DNA from: a virus
Lineage: Duplodnaviria; Caudoviricetes
Virus record (IMG/VR): IMGVR_UViG_3300034104_004892
Location: 407-64,406 of that record
Direction: 5' to 3' (one strand)
DNA: 64,000 nt
Shown here: in pieces, positions 30,125 through 39,038 of the stretch
How positions within the stretch are numbered: the first letter of the stretch is position 1
Layout: the number at the start of each line of letters is the position of its first letter
Program-made: the position numbers and the translations under genes
The notes under the pieces: model-generated
Told to the model about the DNA's origin: nothing
The model's database searches: none
What the model saw: only the letters and a program-made list of their open reading frames with translations

Positions 30125-31102
30125 TTAGTTTGTTGCTGCCCGGAATCCGAATGCAGCCTCATTTTTGGCTGGATCCCGGTATCCGCGATTCATTGTGCGA
30201 CTGAGCCCGACTTCGGAACTCCAGCCGCCTCCGCGCACTCGGCGCCCGTAGAGCGGAGCCGCGTCGTCAAAGCACCATTCAGCCACGTTTCCGCTCATAT
30301 CGTAGAGCGACAGCTCGTTGGCAGTTTTTGTGCGAACAGGTTGGGCTCCAGCGTTGAGGCTTGGTTGATTTTCACGAGTCCAAGCAACGGCATTGGCAGT
30401 GTTGCTGCCAGCGTAGGTGTAAGAGCCGCTCGAAACGCCTCCCCACGCCGACCATTCCCATTCCTTTTCAGTTGGCAGGCGATATCCAGTGCCCCCGGCA
30501 TCAACGGTCGGCACAACTTCACCAGTAGTGTACCACACTTTGACGGCGGCAGTTGTAGCGGCGGCCGTGCCACTCACTACAGTGCTGTAAGTAAAGGTCG
30601 TTGCGCTTTTAACAGTGACGCTGCGAGTCAGGTTGTACCCGGCAACGCTCGCTCCGGAAACCGTTACCCAGTTTCCAGTAGCCAGCTTGTGGCCTGCGGG
30701 AACGGTAGCCGTTGCCACCGTTCCAGTGCTGGAGAGCGCGGTAATAGCGAGCGTCCCGGTGAAATACACGGGAGTTAGCGTGCCCTGCTGCAATGTCGCG
30801 GCATTGCACCACTTGAGCGCGTCGTACCAATCGACATTTTCGACAGGAGCAGTAGCGGATTTGCCAGAGCCAGCGTTAAGATCGAAGCCGTTTGCAATGG
30901 CGTACGTTCGGACGCTTTGCCATTCGGTGAAATTGACTTCGGTTTCTCCCATTTTCACGGCAGGCGCGGCCTGCCCTTTGAAGTTTGTCCCATTGCCGAA
31001 GGTTCCCCCGGCTACGGTGACAAACGTGTTCCAGACTGCATGCCCGTCATTTGCAAAGGCAATGGACAGGGCAACGGCTAAGATTCCTTTGAGGAATTTC
31101 AT
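30125..31102 (-). CDS. Secreted FGE-sulfatase (SUMF1/C-type-lectin fold) protein with an inserted beta domain
   Basis: Signal peptide MKFLKGILAVALSIAFANDGHA; PVENVDWYDALKWCN, YRLPTEKEWEWSA, NELSLYDMSGNVAEWCFD, RGGGW and GFR motifs. Confidence 0.85.
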   Translation of the reverse strand: MKFLKGILAVALSIAFANDGHAVWNTFVTVAGGTFGNGTNFKGQAAPAVKMGETEVNFTEWQSVRTYAIANGFDLNAGSGKSATAPVENVDWYDALKWCNAATLQQGTLTPVYFTGTLAITALSSTGTVATATVPAGHKLATGNWVTVSGASVAGYNLTRSVTVKSATTFTYSTVVSGTAAATTAAVKVWYTTGEVVPTVDAGGTGYRLPTEKEWEWSAWGGVSSGSYTYAGSNTANAVAWTRENQPSLNAGAQPVRTKTANELSLYDMSGNVAEWCFDDAAPLYGRRVRGGGWSSEVGLSRTMNRGYRDPAKNEAAFGFRAATN

Positions 31103-31157
31103 GTGTATGTGCTTGTTGGTTAAGGTGTTTTTGCTTGAACACAAACCAATCAAGACA

Positions 31158-31301
31158 TGGCTACGTTCAAGCGTGGTGCGTCTCCTGCGTGGAAACGCGA
31201 AACTTGTTCAGTAGCCCCCGTCGTCTGGGCCTTTGTTACGACCGTTCGGCAGTTTAGGTTTGCCAACCAACCTCATTCGGAGAGGTTGCCCCGTGACTGC
31301 C
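31158..31301 (-). ncRNA. Candidate structured 5' leader of the FGE/capsid operon
   Basis: Helices GGCAGT/ACTGCC, CAACCTC/GAGGTTG, GTCGT/ACGAC, GGCTAC/GTAGCC, GCGTTTCC/GGAGACGC. Confidence 0.4.
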
Positions 31302-31364
31302 TTTTATCATGCTGATTTTTCGTTGCAAGTTGTTTTTTAAAAAATTTACGGATATCGTGCTGCA

Positions 31365-31658
31365 ATGAATCAGCCAGACTATTCCAACACCGTCGGAGAC
31401 GTTGTCGCTTTTTGCGCTTCGGTCGCTATCGATCCGAAATTTAAGATTGCAAAACGAGTGTATAGGGTAGGACAAATCATGTCCTACACCCCGCACACGT
31501 CGTCCGAACAGGCTAAAAAAGTAGTGAAAACCCGGGGAGGATCCGAATTCACGCTTACCGACAACGAAGGCATCCGGTGGTCGTATGCCCAGTGGGACAA
31601 AAAACAGTACCCAAAACAAATGCAGCCCGGAATTCAGGCTGTAACGGAAGACCAATGA
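31365..31658 (+). CDS. Hypothetical 97-aa protein, lone plus-strand gene
   Basis: Fills the gap between the glycosyltransferase and an AT-rich intergenic region; ATG start. Confidence 0.55.
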   Translation: MNQPDYSNTVGDVVAFCASVAIDPKFKIAKRVYRVGQIMSYTPHTSSEQAKKVVKTRGGSEFTLTDNEGIRWSYAQWDKKQYPKQMQPGIQAVTEDQ

Positions 31659-32221
31659 TCTGCCATTTCAGATGACGATGACGGGGTAAGGTTACAGTGC
31701 AGCACACCCTCCAGCACAGTGTCCGGCAGAATAGACGCCAAGACAACTTTGTGTTCCGGTATTAACACGCCGTCTACCACTAGCTCATCGGCAATCATCT
31801 TGCGAATTGCGGCCAAGCAGTGTTCTGCCGTTGCGTAAACGAGATAGGCCGGGCCGTCGTTTGCGAGCAGTGTCTTCCCAGAGTCTTGCACCGCGTTCCA
31901 AGCGGCTTTTGGATCAAGCCCAACATTCAGAACGTCGTAATCTGACATCCACCCGCCTCCGGCGGCGTGCAACGCGCACCAACGGGTAAACCGTGCATGA
32001 TGCCACGCCGCCCGGGCAACGAGCCGTTGGTCGTGATGGAAGGTTGCTGCCAGCTTTTGCTGGAGCTTGTTATACATTTGACTGTTTTGCGCGTGACTTC
32101 GGTTGAGCATGACCGGGGTCCACCCGGCTTTTGTCCAACTTTCCTTCCAGTAGTTTGCGCACTGGAATTCCTCCGCCTGATTTGACGCCGGGATTGATTG
32201 ATAATAAGCGTAAATGTTCAT
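31634..32221 (-). CDS. DXD-type glycosyltransferase-like protein
   Basis: WKESWTKAGW..RWCALHAAGGGWMSDYDV pattern; start MNIYAYY at 32221. Confidence 0.7.
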   Translation of the reverse strand: MNIYAYYQSIPASNQAEEFQCANYWKESWTKAGWTPVMLNRSHAQNSQMYNKLQQKLAATFHHDQRLVARAAWHHARFTRWCALHAAGGGWMSDYDVLNVGLDPKAAWNAVQDSGKTLLANDGPAYLVYATAEHCLAAIRKMIADELVVDGVLIPEHKVVLASILPDTVLEGVLHCNLTPSSSSEMADHWSSVTA

Positions 32222-32222
32222 T

Positions 32223-33233
32223 CTAGTATGCCTTGTAGCCGATGTGCTTAACTGGCACTCCAAGATCGATATGCGGCTGATGTCCCGCTGATTTTGCAAG
32301 CGTGCAAAACGCGATATCTTCACTTGCCGTTGTAGTCGGCAGAAAATACGCCCCGTTAATCTTTGGGTTCTGTCTTTGGATATCCTCGAACACGCGACGA
32401 TGCACGAGCATGCACCCGCCGCCAATCCAATCAACCGGAGCAACCCGGTCAGTGTGCGTTCTGGCGGCCTGCGCGAGCGTCTGGTCACTGCAAATAAGCG
32501 GAGCCCCTTCTTGGCGGCCGAAATACGCACCTCCGACAAGCGTCTTGCCGGATCCAACGAGCCGATGAAGGACGTGCCGCATGAACGGTGCATCCGGAGT
32601 TGTCAGGCCAGCAACCCACGCCCGAAACCATTGCGCCCGGCCAATGCTAGGCACCATATCGTGATCGAGCATGAACAAGAACTTGGCGTCCGTCTCAAGG
32701 AACCTCGCCACCAACTGATTTCTGGCGGCATGCACCTCCGCGTTTGTCACGGCATCAAACCGGATCCGGTCTTTCCCGAAGTCGAGGGCCATCGCAATCA
32801 ATGCAAGCGTCGTGGTGACGTGACTGTCCCGGCGCCAAGGCAACCCGACAAATATGTCTCGGCCAACGAACTCGCAACGGTACGATGGCGCCCCGTTTTG
32901 ATCGTGCGTTTGAATAATGGCAGGAACTTCAATCGAAGCCGCCGGGATTGGCGCTGAAGGCTGCGGAAGTGTTGGCTGAATATCTTCCAGAGCAGCACGT
33001 TTGCGCAGTTTTTTAGGCGGCTCATCGACTGGCGCCGCGTCCTCGAGCGGCATGTTGGCCATATCGTCCTCGGTGTTTACTTTTTCTTTTATGGGATTCA
33101 GATTTTGCTCCGGAGCAACTTTTCGAGTTGGCTGCCCAAGAATTTTTTGAGGCCGAATTGGAGTGTTGAACGGATTTGCGGAATCAATTGCTTGCAGGCT
33201 TCTCTGCTCTAGCGGTGAGAGTTTTTGTTCCAT
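32223..33233 (-). CDS. Family 2 glycosyltransferase
   Basis: ARNQLVARFL..LFMLDHD, VDWIGGGCMLVHRRVFE, SEDIAFC..HIG. Confidence 0.85.
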   Translation of the reverse strand: MEQKLSPLEQRSLQAIDSANPFNTPIRPQKILGQPTRKVAPEQNLNPIKEKVNTEDDMANMPLEDAAPVDEPPKKLRKRAALEDIQPTLPQPSAPIPAASIEVPAIIQTHDQNGAPSYRCEFVGRDIFVGLPWRRDSHVTTTLALIAMALDFGKDRIRFDAVTNAEVHAARNQLVARFLETDAKFLFMLDHDMVPSIGRAQWFRAWVAGLTTPDAPFMRHVLHRLVGSGKTLVGGAYFGRQEGAPLICSDQTLAQAARTHTDRVAPVDWIGGGCMLVHRRVFEDIQRQNPKINGAYFLPTTTASEDIAFCTLAKSAGHQPHIDLGVPVKHIGYKAY

Positions 33234-33236
33234 ACA

Positions 33237-34496
33237 TTACATGCCAGCTTCCTGAAGACCGAGGTCAATTGCGTCCATTGGGCTCATGTTCAGTCGATTT
33301 GACAGGTTGCCTCCGGCTGGCATCTGACCAGCAACTTGATTGCGCGGCATGCGTCCCGCTCCTTTAATTGCAGCCAATTCTTTTTGCATGCGAGCCAGTT
33401 CACCTTGAAGTTTGGCGTTTTGCTTTTGCTCGTACTGTAGCTGCGGCACTAGTACATGTGACAATGTTGCTGCGGCAGCCACAGAGGCCCGATCCATTGC
33501 ACTGTGAGCGGCAAGCGCGGAGTTGTATTTGGTTTCCAAATCTTGAACTCCTGCGTTGTGAGCTTGAATACGCTGAATTTGCTCAGGTGTTGCCCCGGCT
33601 GGAATGTCTTGATATCGAGCCCAAGGAATATCTTTGGTGATGTTTTCAACGTAGCTTGAGATGTCGTTCGATTCCCTTTCCCAAACCTGCCGCATTTCTT
33701 GCTCTTGCGCCTGCAACCATTCCTGTTGGTTTTGAGATGCGTTGCTCAATTCTTTTTGACGCGCCTGCTCGAGGTCGTCCATTTCCATAAGGGCTGTTTC
33801 AAGCCGTTTTGCGTCGAGACCGTTTGTTTTTTGCAGGCGGTTGATAGCATTTGAATACCACCAGTCTGCGGGTACTTTTGCCGGGCCTCCAGCGTCTTCA
33901 ATTGCCTTAATCACGTCCTCCCCGGCCTTGTGCTTGCGCAGCAAGTCGTAGACGCGCTCTTTGCGTTCTGAGATTGGCTTTTCAAATTTGCTCTTAAACC
34001 CGGGATCATTTTGCATGTCCCAAATTTGGCGGAATCTGCGCAGCTCTTCGTAGTCCTGCGGAAGTTGCTGACGCTGCTCGGCCATTGCAAGCTGCTGACG
34101 TAAAACAGCGGCTTCTGCGGCTTCTTTTTTAACGGCAGCGTACCTATCCGAGAGTTTGCGCCAATTTGACTGCTGCTTTTCCGACATGTTCGGAGGCATG
34201 GCAAGGTCAGGGTCAAAATCATCCTGTCTTGCGACGGAATTTGTTCCGAAATTTGCCGGGAACTCTTGGCCCGCATCTTGTTTTTGTTGAGGCTGTTTTT
34301 GCTCAACATTCCTCGTGTACATCGGATTGACGTCCGAAGAAGCGTCTCCGCCACTGGTTTCGTTTTCAGCAGCATTTAACGCGCTGTCAATAGAGTCGCT
34401 CAGAGATGGAGTTATCGGATCTGCATTTAGATCTGCCGCGCCGCCATCACGATTTGCCGCATTGATTTCAGGTACTACCGATTCGTCGTCGTTCAT
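33237..34496 (-). CDS. Capsid scaffolding protein
   Basis: Acidic disordered N-terminus and long coiled coils, downstream of the portal. Confidence 0.7.
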   Translation of the reverse strand: MNDDESVVPEINAANRDGGAADLNADPITPSLSDSIDSALNAAENETSGGDASSDVNPMYTRNVEQKQPQQKQDAGQEFPANFGTNSVARQDDFDPDLAMPPNMSEKQQSNWRKLSDRYAAVKKEAAEAAVLRQQLAMAEQRQQLPQDYEELRRFRQIWDMQNDPGFKSKFEKPISERKERVYDLLRKHKAGEDVIKAIEDAGGPAKVPADWWYSNAINRLQKTNGLDAKRLETALMEMDDLEQARQKELSNASQNQQEWLQAQEQEMRQVWERESNDISSYVENITKDIPWARYQDIPAGATPEQIQRIQAHNAGVQDLETKYNSALAAHSAMDRASVAAAATLSHVLVPQLQYEQKQNAKLQGELARMQKELAAIKGAGRMPRNQVAGQMPAGGNLSNRLNMSPMDAIDLGLQEAGM

Positions 34497-34498
34497 AA

Positions 34499-34741
34499 TT
34501 ACATTGAGGAGTAGTTGCCGGAGGAAGAGTCGTCCGCTTGTTGATTGTCTTGCAGGATTGCTTCGATGGTTTTGATGATGCGCTCGCAGCCTTCTTTGTG
34601 TTTAGCTTCAAGCGCAACTGATTCGATTGTTGTGCCAAGCAGTGGAGGAACTTGCTCTCGCAAATACCTCAGCAGCTTGCCACCCGTTTGTTGATAATAC
34701 GCCCGGAATCGGGCACTGTCTGATTGATCCCAAACATCCAT
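34499..34741 (-). CDS. Small head-associated protein
   Basis: 80-aa ORF between portal and scaffold. Confidence 0.65.
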   Translation of the reverse strand: MDVWDQSDSARFRAYYQQTGGKLLRYLREQVPPLLGTTIESVALEAKHKEGCERIIKTIEAILQDNQQADDSSSGNYSSM

Positions 34742-34744
34742 AAA

Positions 34745-37144
34745 TTAAGCAGCGGTTGGCGGTCGAGGCGGTGTAGCGACCGATGAAATCATTTCGTTTT
34801 GACCCACGTTCTGCGAGCTGTACGTTTCGCCCATTTCCCGTTGTCCTGCGGCAGTAATTTTTGCGCCGGAACGAGGAGGTGGCGCGGCTGCTGGTTGAAT
34901 TTCCGGTGGAGGAGCGGCGGCCATCCCTTTCGTAAGGTGATCGTGCGCCATCTTGTAAAGCTGCTTGTATTTTGCAACTGCATCCGATGGCATTCCTTTT
35001 GCCTGAGCCGCCTGAATGTGGTTTGCAAAGTGCTCCATTGCCGACGTGAGAGGCGCAACAAATTCTGGAGTGAGCCCTCCTTCTGGCGCTGACTCCATAA
35101 GCGGCATGAGCTTTTGAACAAGCGTATCGAGATGCACTTGATCGTTGTCCCGGGGCGACACGGGCACCTGCTGCCCGGCGATGATAGATTGCAACTCGAT
35201 GATCTGCTGGCGCGTTGCCTCAATCGCAATTGCTTCAACAGCGTCTTTCGGCAAGATAACTTCGTTTGCCGTAGTCTCTCCAAGTTTGCGCACCCAATCC
35301 AGTTTCATCAGCGCGTCCTGATTAATGGATGGGTTGCCCATGTAACGCTGCACCATCAAGTCGAGGATTTGATTGTCCTGCGCCGCCATGTCAGGAACTA
35401 ATTCAGCCGCCGGGCTGTAAGCCATCAGCAACACGTCTGCCGGGGCGACGTTCTTGTCGTACATGGCCAACACGCACGCAATTGCATCTTCATCGAGGTG
35501 TTCCGGCACTTCAAACGGAATTAAAAATGGAGGCAACTCCATCATCGAACGATCAAAGGCATCCACAACTTCGCGGCGAGCCCAGATCGCGTTTTTCTCC
35601 GTAAGCCTAGCGATATCCAATTTGCCTTTGAGATCGGCTGCGGCCTTGAGGTGCTCAGGGTGACAAATGCCGCGCTGCATGCGCTCTACGCCCTTGGAAA
35701 ATTGCCGGGAGAATCGCATCAAGACTCCTTGCCGGAGTTGATTCTCGATAGCTGCGACGCGATTAACTTCAGACGCCGTTTTTTTGCCCTGCGTCTCCAC
35801 AGGGGCGCCGGGAAGAAATGTGCCAACTTGAATTTCAGCAAGCTGAGTAATAAAGCGATCCAGCATCAACGAATCCTGAATGTCTGCCGGAACGCTCTGC
35901 GGGATTACCTCGAACCCTTCGGATACAGTCGCGACCGGATGCATCACCGTTAACGGCGTTACGTTTGGTTTTGCCGTCGGCCCCTTTTTAAGAAGCAAAA
36001 GATTTTTGATGTAGGCGTTGTCCACCACAAGGTTGCGAGCCTTGTCCACGGCCACATGGGTGTTATACAAATCTCGCCCGGCGCCCCTGCTGCTCATTAG
36101 CGCCCCGGATCCGATGTCTACCGCGAACAAGCAGAGCGTTTCCGACATTCGGTTGTAGCGATCGATCTGCGTGCAAATCTCGTCGCCCGACTTGTCGTCG
36201 AAGAGGTAGCGAGAAATTTTCCCGTGCGGTTCTTTCACGAGAATCTCGCCCAACTCAACATACTTCGCATCGTTTTCGTACGACGCCCCGTAGGATCCCT
36301 CGCGCATCCAGTCTTCGTACCGCCGCGCATCGTCATCGGAATCCAACGTGCGTCCGGCCGGGATTGCGTTGTTGATTGCCTTGATCAGATTTTTGATGTG
36401 CCACCCTGCAAGAATCGACGAGTCTTGCCGCTCGAGAATCGGCAGCAATTCCGCAATTTGATACCTCCGTTTGCGAGCCCAAATTGGAGTTGCATCTGAC
36501 ACCATTGGCGTCTCGATAGAGAAAAAAGTGTAATCTTGCCTGAGGAACTCAGGCTTCCAGTCGCGTGGATCGTCCCAACACCACCCGCAAAATCCGAACG
36601 TGGTGTTTTCATGCACTGTCTGCGCGACGAGGTCGTCAAATCCGTTCCAGCCGCGAATGCATTTTGTGATCTCTTCCCGAAAAACTTTTGTTTTGTGCTC
36701 TGAGTCGAGACCTTCAACTGGATATTTTGCAAAAGTCAGGACTGGCGCTTGTTCGACAACCTCTCGGAACGGAGGTTGAATACGAGACACCATAGTGCTG
36801 AGAAAGCCAGTAGGGCGGTTGCTGCGCCAATTTTGGCCCATAGATTCGAGCTTCTTGGGCTGATACGGTGGTTCATTGTTGAGCTTCTTTTGAATTAATT
36901 GATTTTTTCTATTCCTCTCGACGTTTTGCTGCTTGAGCCTCCTGTACGCTGAGTGCGCTTGCTGCGCGTCTTTAAACGTGCGCCGCACCTGCATCGTGTT
37001 TGGGTCAACCGTTTCGGTATTCCCGGCGTCAGGATCCTGAATATCAAGGTCGAGGATGCGCGGCTTTTCGTGAGAATCGCTAATCCGGGGCGCCTTGTCG
37101 GCAAACTTGTCTGTGATTTCGGGGTCAAGGGGCTTGGTGGCCAT
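34745..37144 (-). CDS. Portal protein (P22-like, 799 aa)
   Basis: Size, position after TerL, KKTASEV motif of podovirus portals and C-terminal DNDQVH helices. Confidence 0.8.
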   Translation of the reverse strand: MATKPLDPEITDKFADKAPRISDSHEKPRILDLDIQDPDAGNTETVDPNTMQVRRTFKDAQQAHSAYRRLKQQNVERNRKNQLIQKKLNNEPPYQPKKLESMGQNWRSNRPTGFLSTMVSRIQPPFREVVEQAPVLTFAKYPVEGLDSEHKTKVFREEITKCIRGWNGFDDLVAQTVHENTTFGFCGWCWDDPRDWKPEFLRQDYTFFSIETPMVSDATPIWARKRRYQIAELLPILERQDSSILAGWHIKNLIKAINNAIPAGRTLDSDDDARRYEDWMREGSYGASYENDAKYVELGEILVKEPHGKISRYLFDDKSGDEICTQIDRYNRMSETLCLFAVDIGSGALMSSRGAGRDLYNTHVAVDKARNLVVDNAYIKNLLLLKKGPTAKPNVTPLTVMHPVATVSEGFEVIPQSVPADIQDSLMLDRFITQLAEIQVGTFLPGAPVETQGKKTASEVNRVAAIENQLRQGVLMRFSRQFSKGVERMQRGICHPEHLKAAADLKGKLDIARLTEKNAIWARREVVDAFDRSMMELPPFLIPFEVPEHLDEDAIACVLAMYDKNVAPADVLLMAYSPAAELVPDMAAQDNQILDLMVQRYMGNPSINQDALMKLDWVRKLGETTANEVILPKDAVEAIAIEATRQQIIELQSIIAGQQVPVSPRDNDQVHLDTLVQKLMPLMESAPEGGLTPEFVAPLTSAMEHFANHIQAAQAKGMPSDAVAKYKQLYKMAHDHLTKGMAAAPPPEIQPAAAPPPRSGAKITAAGQREMGETYSSQNVGQNEMISSVATPPRPPTAA

Positions 37145-37148
37145 AGGT

Positions 37149-37727
37149 CTACAGGTTCACCCAACAATTGCTGGGAAGGTTAATTGCTTTCTGGAGTACC
37201 GATCGATCCATGAAAATCGCCGCACGATTATCGTGCCGCATCAGCGAACACCCGCCAAGCACTGCACTGGAGGCCGTGTCCCGGGCTTGCCGCACGCTCG
37301 CGCACAGGCGGTCGGTAGACGCCACGCACGCACTGCACCCGCCGCGCCAGTTGATGTTGTTCGGACAGGCCCGGCAAACCTTTGCACGCTGTTCTGCCAA
37401 ATCGTCAATGACAAGCGGATGCGCTTCGGTTGAATGCAGAATGTTTTTGGCCCACGCCTGAATGTCGTTTAACAGGTCGCCGGACGCTGTCTGGGGGCGC
37501 ACGCTAACAATCGCAACCATGTCGGCGCCGTGACAGAAGTTCGGCCAATTTGAGCAGATATAGCTGTTGACGTCGCCTTCAACGTCGCCCCCGGACAGGT
37601 GGTTTTCGGCGCGGTAATGTTCCACCACGCGCAACAGATCAGGATAGCTGTACCCCGTCAGCTTAACGTCAGACTGATAATAATGCCACCCGCCCGGGGG
37701 CACCATGCCTAGAATCGGTTTAGCCAT
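37149..37727 (-). CDS. Cys-rich hypothetical protein (192 aa)
   Basis: Start MAKPILGMVPPGGW; ICSNWPNFC, CRAC, CSAC and GGC motifs. Confidence 0.7.
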   Translation of the reverse strand: MAKPILGMVPPGGWHYYQSDVKLTGYSYPDLLRVVEHYRAENHLSGGDVEGDVNSYICSNWPNFCHGADMVAIVSVRPQTASGDLLNDIQAWAKNILHSTEAHPLVIDDLAEQRAKVCRACPNNINWRGGCSACVASTDRLCASVRQARDTASSAVLGGCSLMRHDNRAAIFMDRSVLQKAINLPSNCWVNL

Positions 37728-37728
37728 A

Positions 37729-38253
37729 TCAGAGAACGAACTCGTGGTGACACTTGGGGCAGATTGTTGTGTCGCTGTCAGGTTTTTTGGCTTCCTCGTC
37801 AGGAATTTCAGGGGGCGCGTCAGGGGATCCAAGCAATTCGTCAAGCTCCTTGCCGCTGAACCCAAGCGTCTCGAGCGAGAACCCCTCGTCGCGCAACTCT
37901 TCAATTTCCACTGCGAGCACATCGTATTGCCAACTCGCCATTGCCGGGAGCTGATTGTCTGCAATTGTGTAGGCCCGGAGTTTGACCTCGTCGAGGTGGT
38001 CGAGCGAGATGCACGGCACCTGCTCGAGCCCGGCCTTCTTGGCCGCCAACACCCGGCCATGCCCTGCAATGATGCGTCCGGACGAGTGGATAAGCACCGG
38101 GTTGGTGAACCCGAAGGTGCGAATGCTTTCGGCGAGAGCCTTGATCTGAACGTCGGAATGCTCCCGGGCATTGCGAGCGTACGGTTCCAGCTCGCCCACA
38201 GGCCGCATGGTGACCTCGAGACGCTGCTCAGGAATGTTGATGCTCTTTTTCAT
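37729..38253 (-). CDS. ParB/Srx N-terminal domain protein
   Basis: LEPYARNAREHS..SIRTFGFTNPVLI..IIAGHGRVLAA..IADNQL; C-terminal CPKC. Confidence 0.9.
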   Translation of the reverse strand: MKKSINIPEQRLEVTMRPVGELEPYARNAREHSDVQIKALAESIRTFGFTNPVLIHSSGRIIAGHGRVLAAKKAGLEQVPCISLDHLDEVKLRAYTIADNQLPAMASWQYDVLAVEIEELRDEGFSLETLGFSGKELDELLGSPDAPPEIPDEEAKKPDSDTTICPKCHHEFVL

Positions 38254-38431
38254 GGCTAGGGCAAATGTATGCGTTGCGACCGTCTTTGAGCTTCATCTTC
38301 CGGGAGGTCAACGTCATGCACTTATCAAAGTGGCGCGAGCCTTCACGCATCGTCACGATCACGTGGTCGCATTTATGCAATTTTGCTGGTTTGCTTACGC
38401 GCTCCGGCTTTTCAGGTTTATAGTCTCGCAC
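38228..38431 (-). CDS. Small Cys/His protein
   Basis: 67-aa ORF fitting the gene tiling. Confidence 0.5.
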   Translation of the reverse strand: MRDYKPEKPERVSKPAKLHKCDHVIVTMREGSRHFDKCMTLTSRKMKLKDGRNAYICPSHEKEHQHS

Positions 38432-38438
38432 GTTAAGT

Positions 38439-38891
38439 TTATGACACAGCGTTTGCTAAAGTGACAGTTTTCTTTTGCCGGATTTCAACGGCAAGTTGCT
38501 CGCCGCATTTTTTACAGTCGTCGAAAGCATCGAAGTGCTGCATCGATCTGGAGTTCACTCCGCTAACAGCGCCGCATTTGGTGCAGTGCTTCTCATGCGC
38601 CTGCACAAACGCTTTGGCCTGCTCGCGCTTGAGTCTTGTCATCGTGCCGACTGCTATCTTTGGCAAATGTATCGGCCCAAACCAGACCATAACATCATCA
38701 GCGTAAATGGGATGCTCCCAATCTGCTTTATTGCTGGTCATCTTGATGTCGGTAATTGTTTGCGGGATCCCGTGCTCCGGGTAGTACAGACATCCGATTA
38801 TGTAGTGCCCGGGGCGTGATGGCTTTTCCGTGGACATAAGCGTCCATCTCAATCGATTGCGTTTTTTCATAAAAAATCGCCTTTGTTTCAT
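38439..38891 (-). CDS. Hypothetical protein with a C-terminal zinc ribbon
   Basis: CTKC...CKKC. Confidence 0.6.
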   Translation of the reverse strand: MKQRRFFMKKRNRLRWTLMSTEKPSRPGHYIIGCLYYPEHGIPQTITDIKMTSNKADWEHPIYADDVMVWFGPIHLPKIAVGTMTRLKREQAKAFVQAHEKHCTKCGAVSGVNSRSMQHFDAFDDCKKCGEQLAVEIRQKKTVTLANAVS

Positions 38892-39038
38892 TTCCGAAAG
38901 CTGGAAGTTCCGGAATCTCCCCGGACACCATGCGGCGTAATTTTTGATTATGACACAGGAAAAGTTTAAGCAAGAAAAAAGGGGGGCCGCGCAACCGGGG
39001 GTAATCCTGTATGTCCCCCGGAGGGGGATCGATTTTTT

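Noticed and set aside
30125-30260. FGE/C-lectin C-terminus as a diversity-generating retroelement variable region
   Set aside because: No reverse transcriptase gene and no template repeat seen in an almost complete genome
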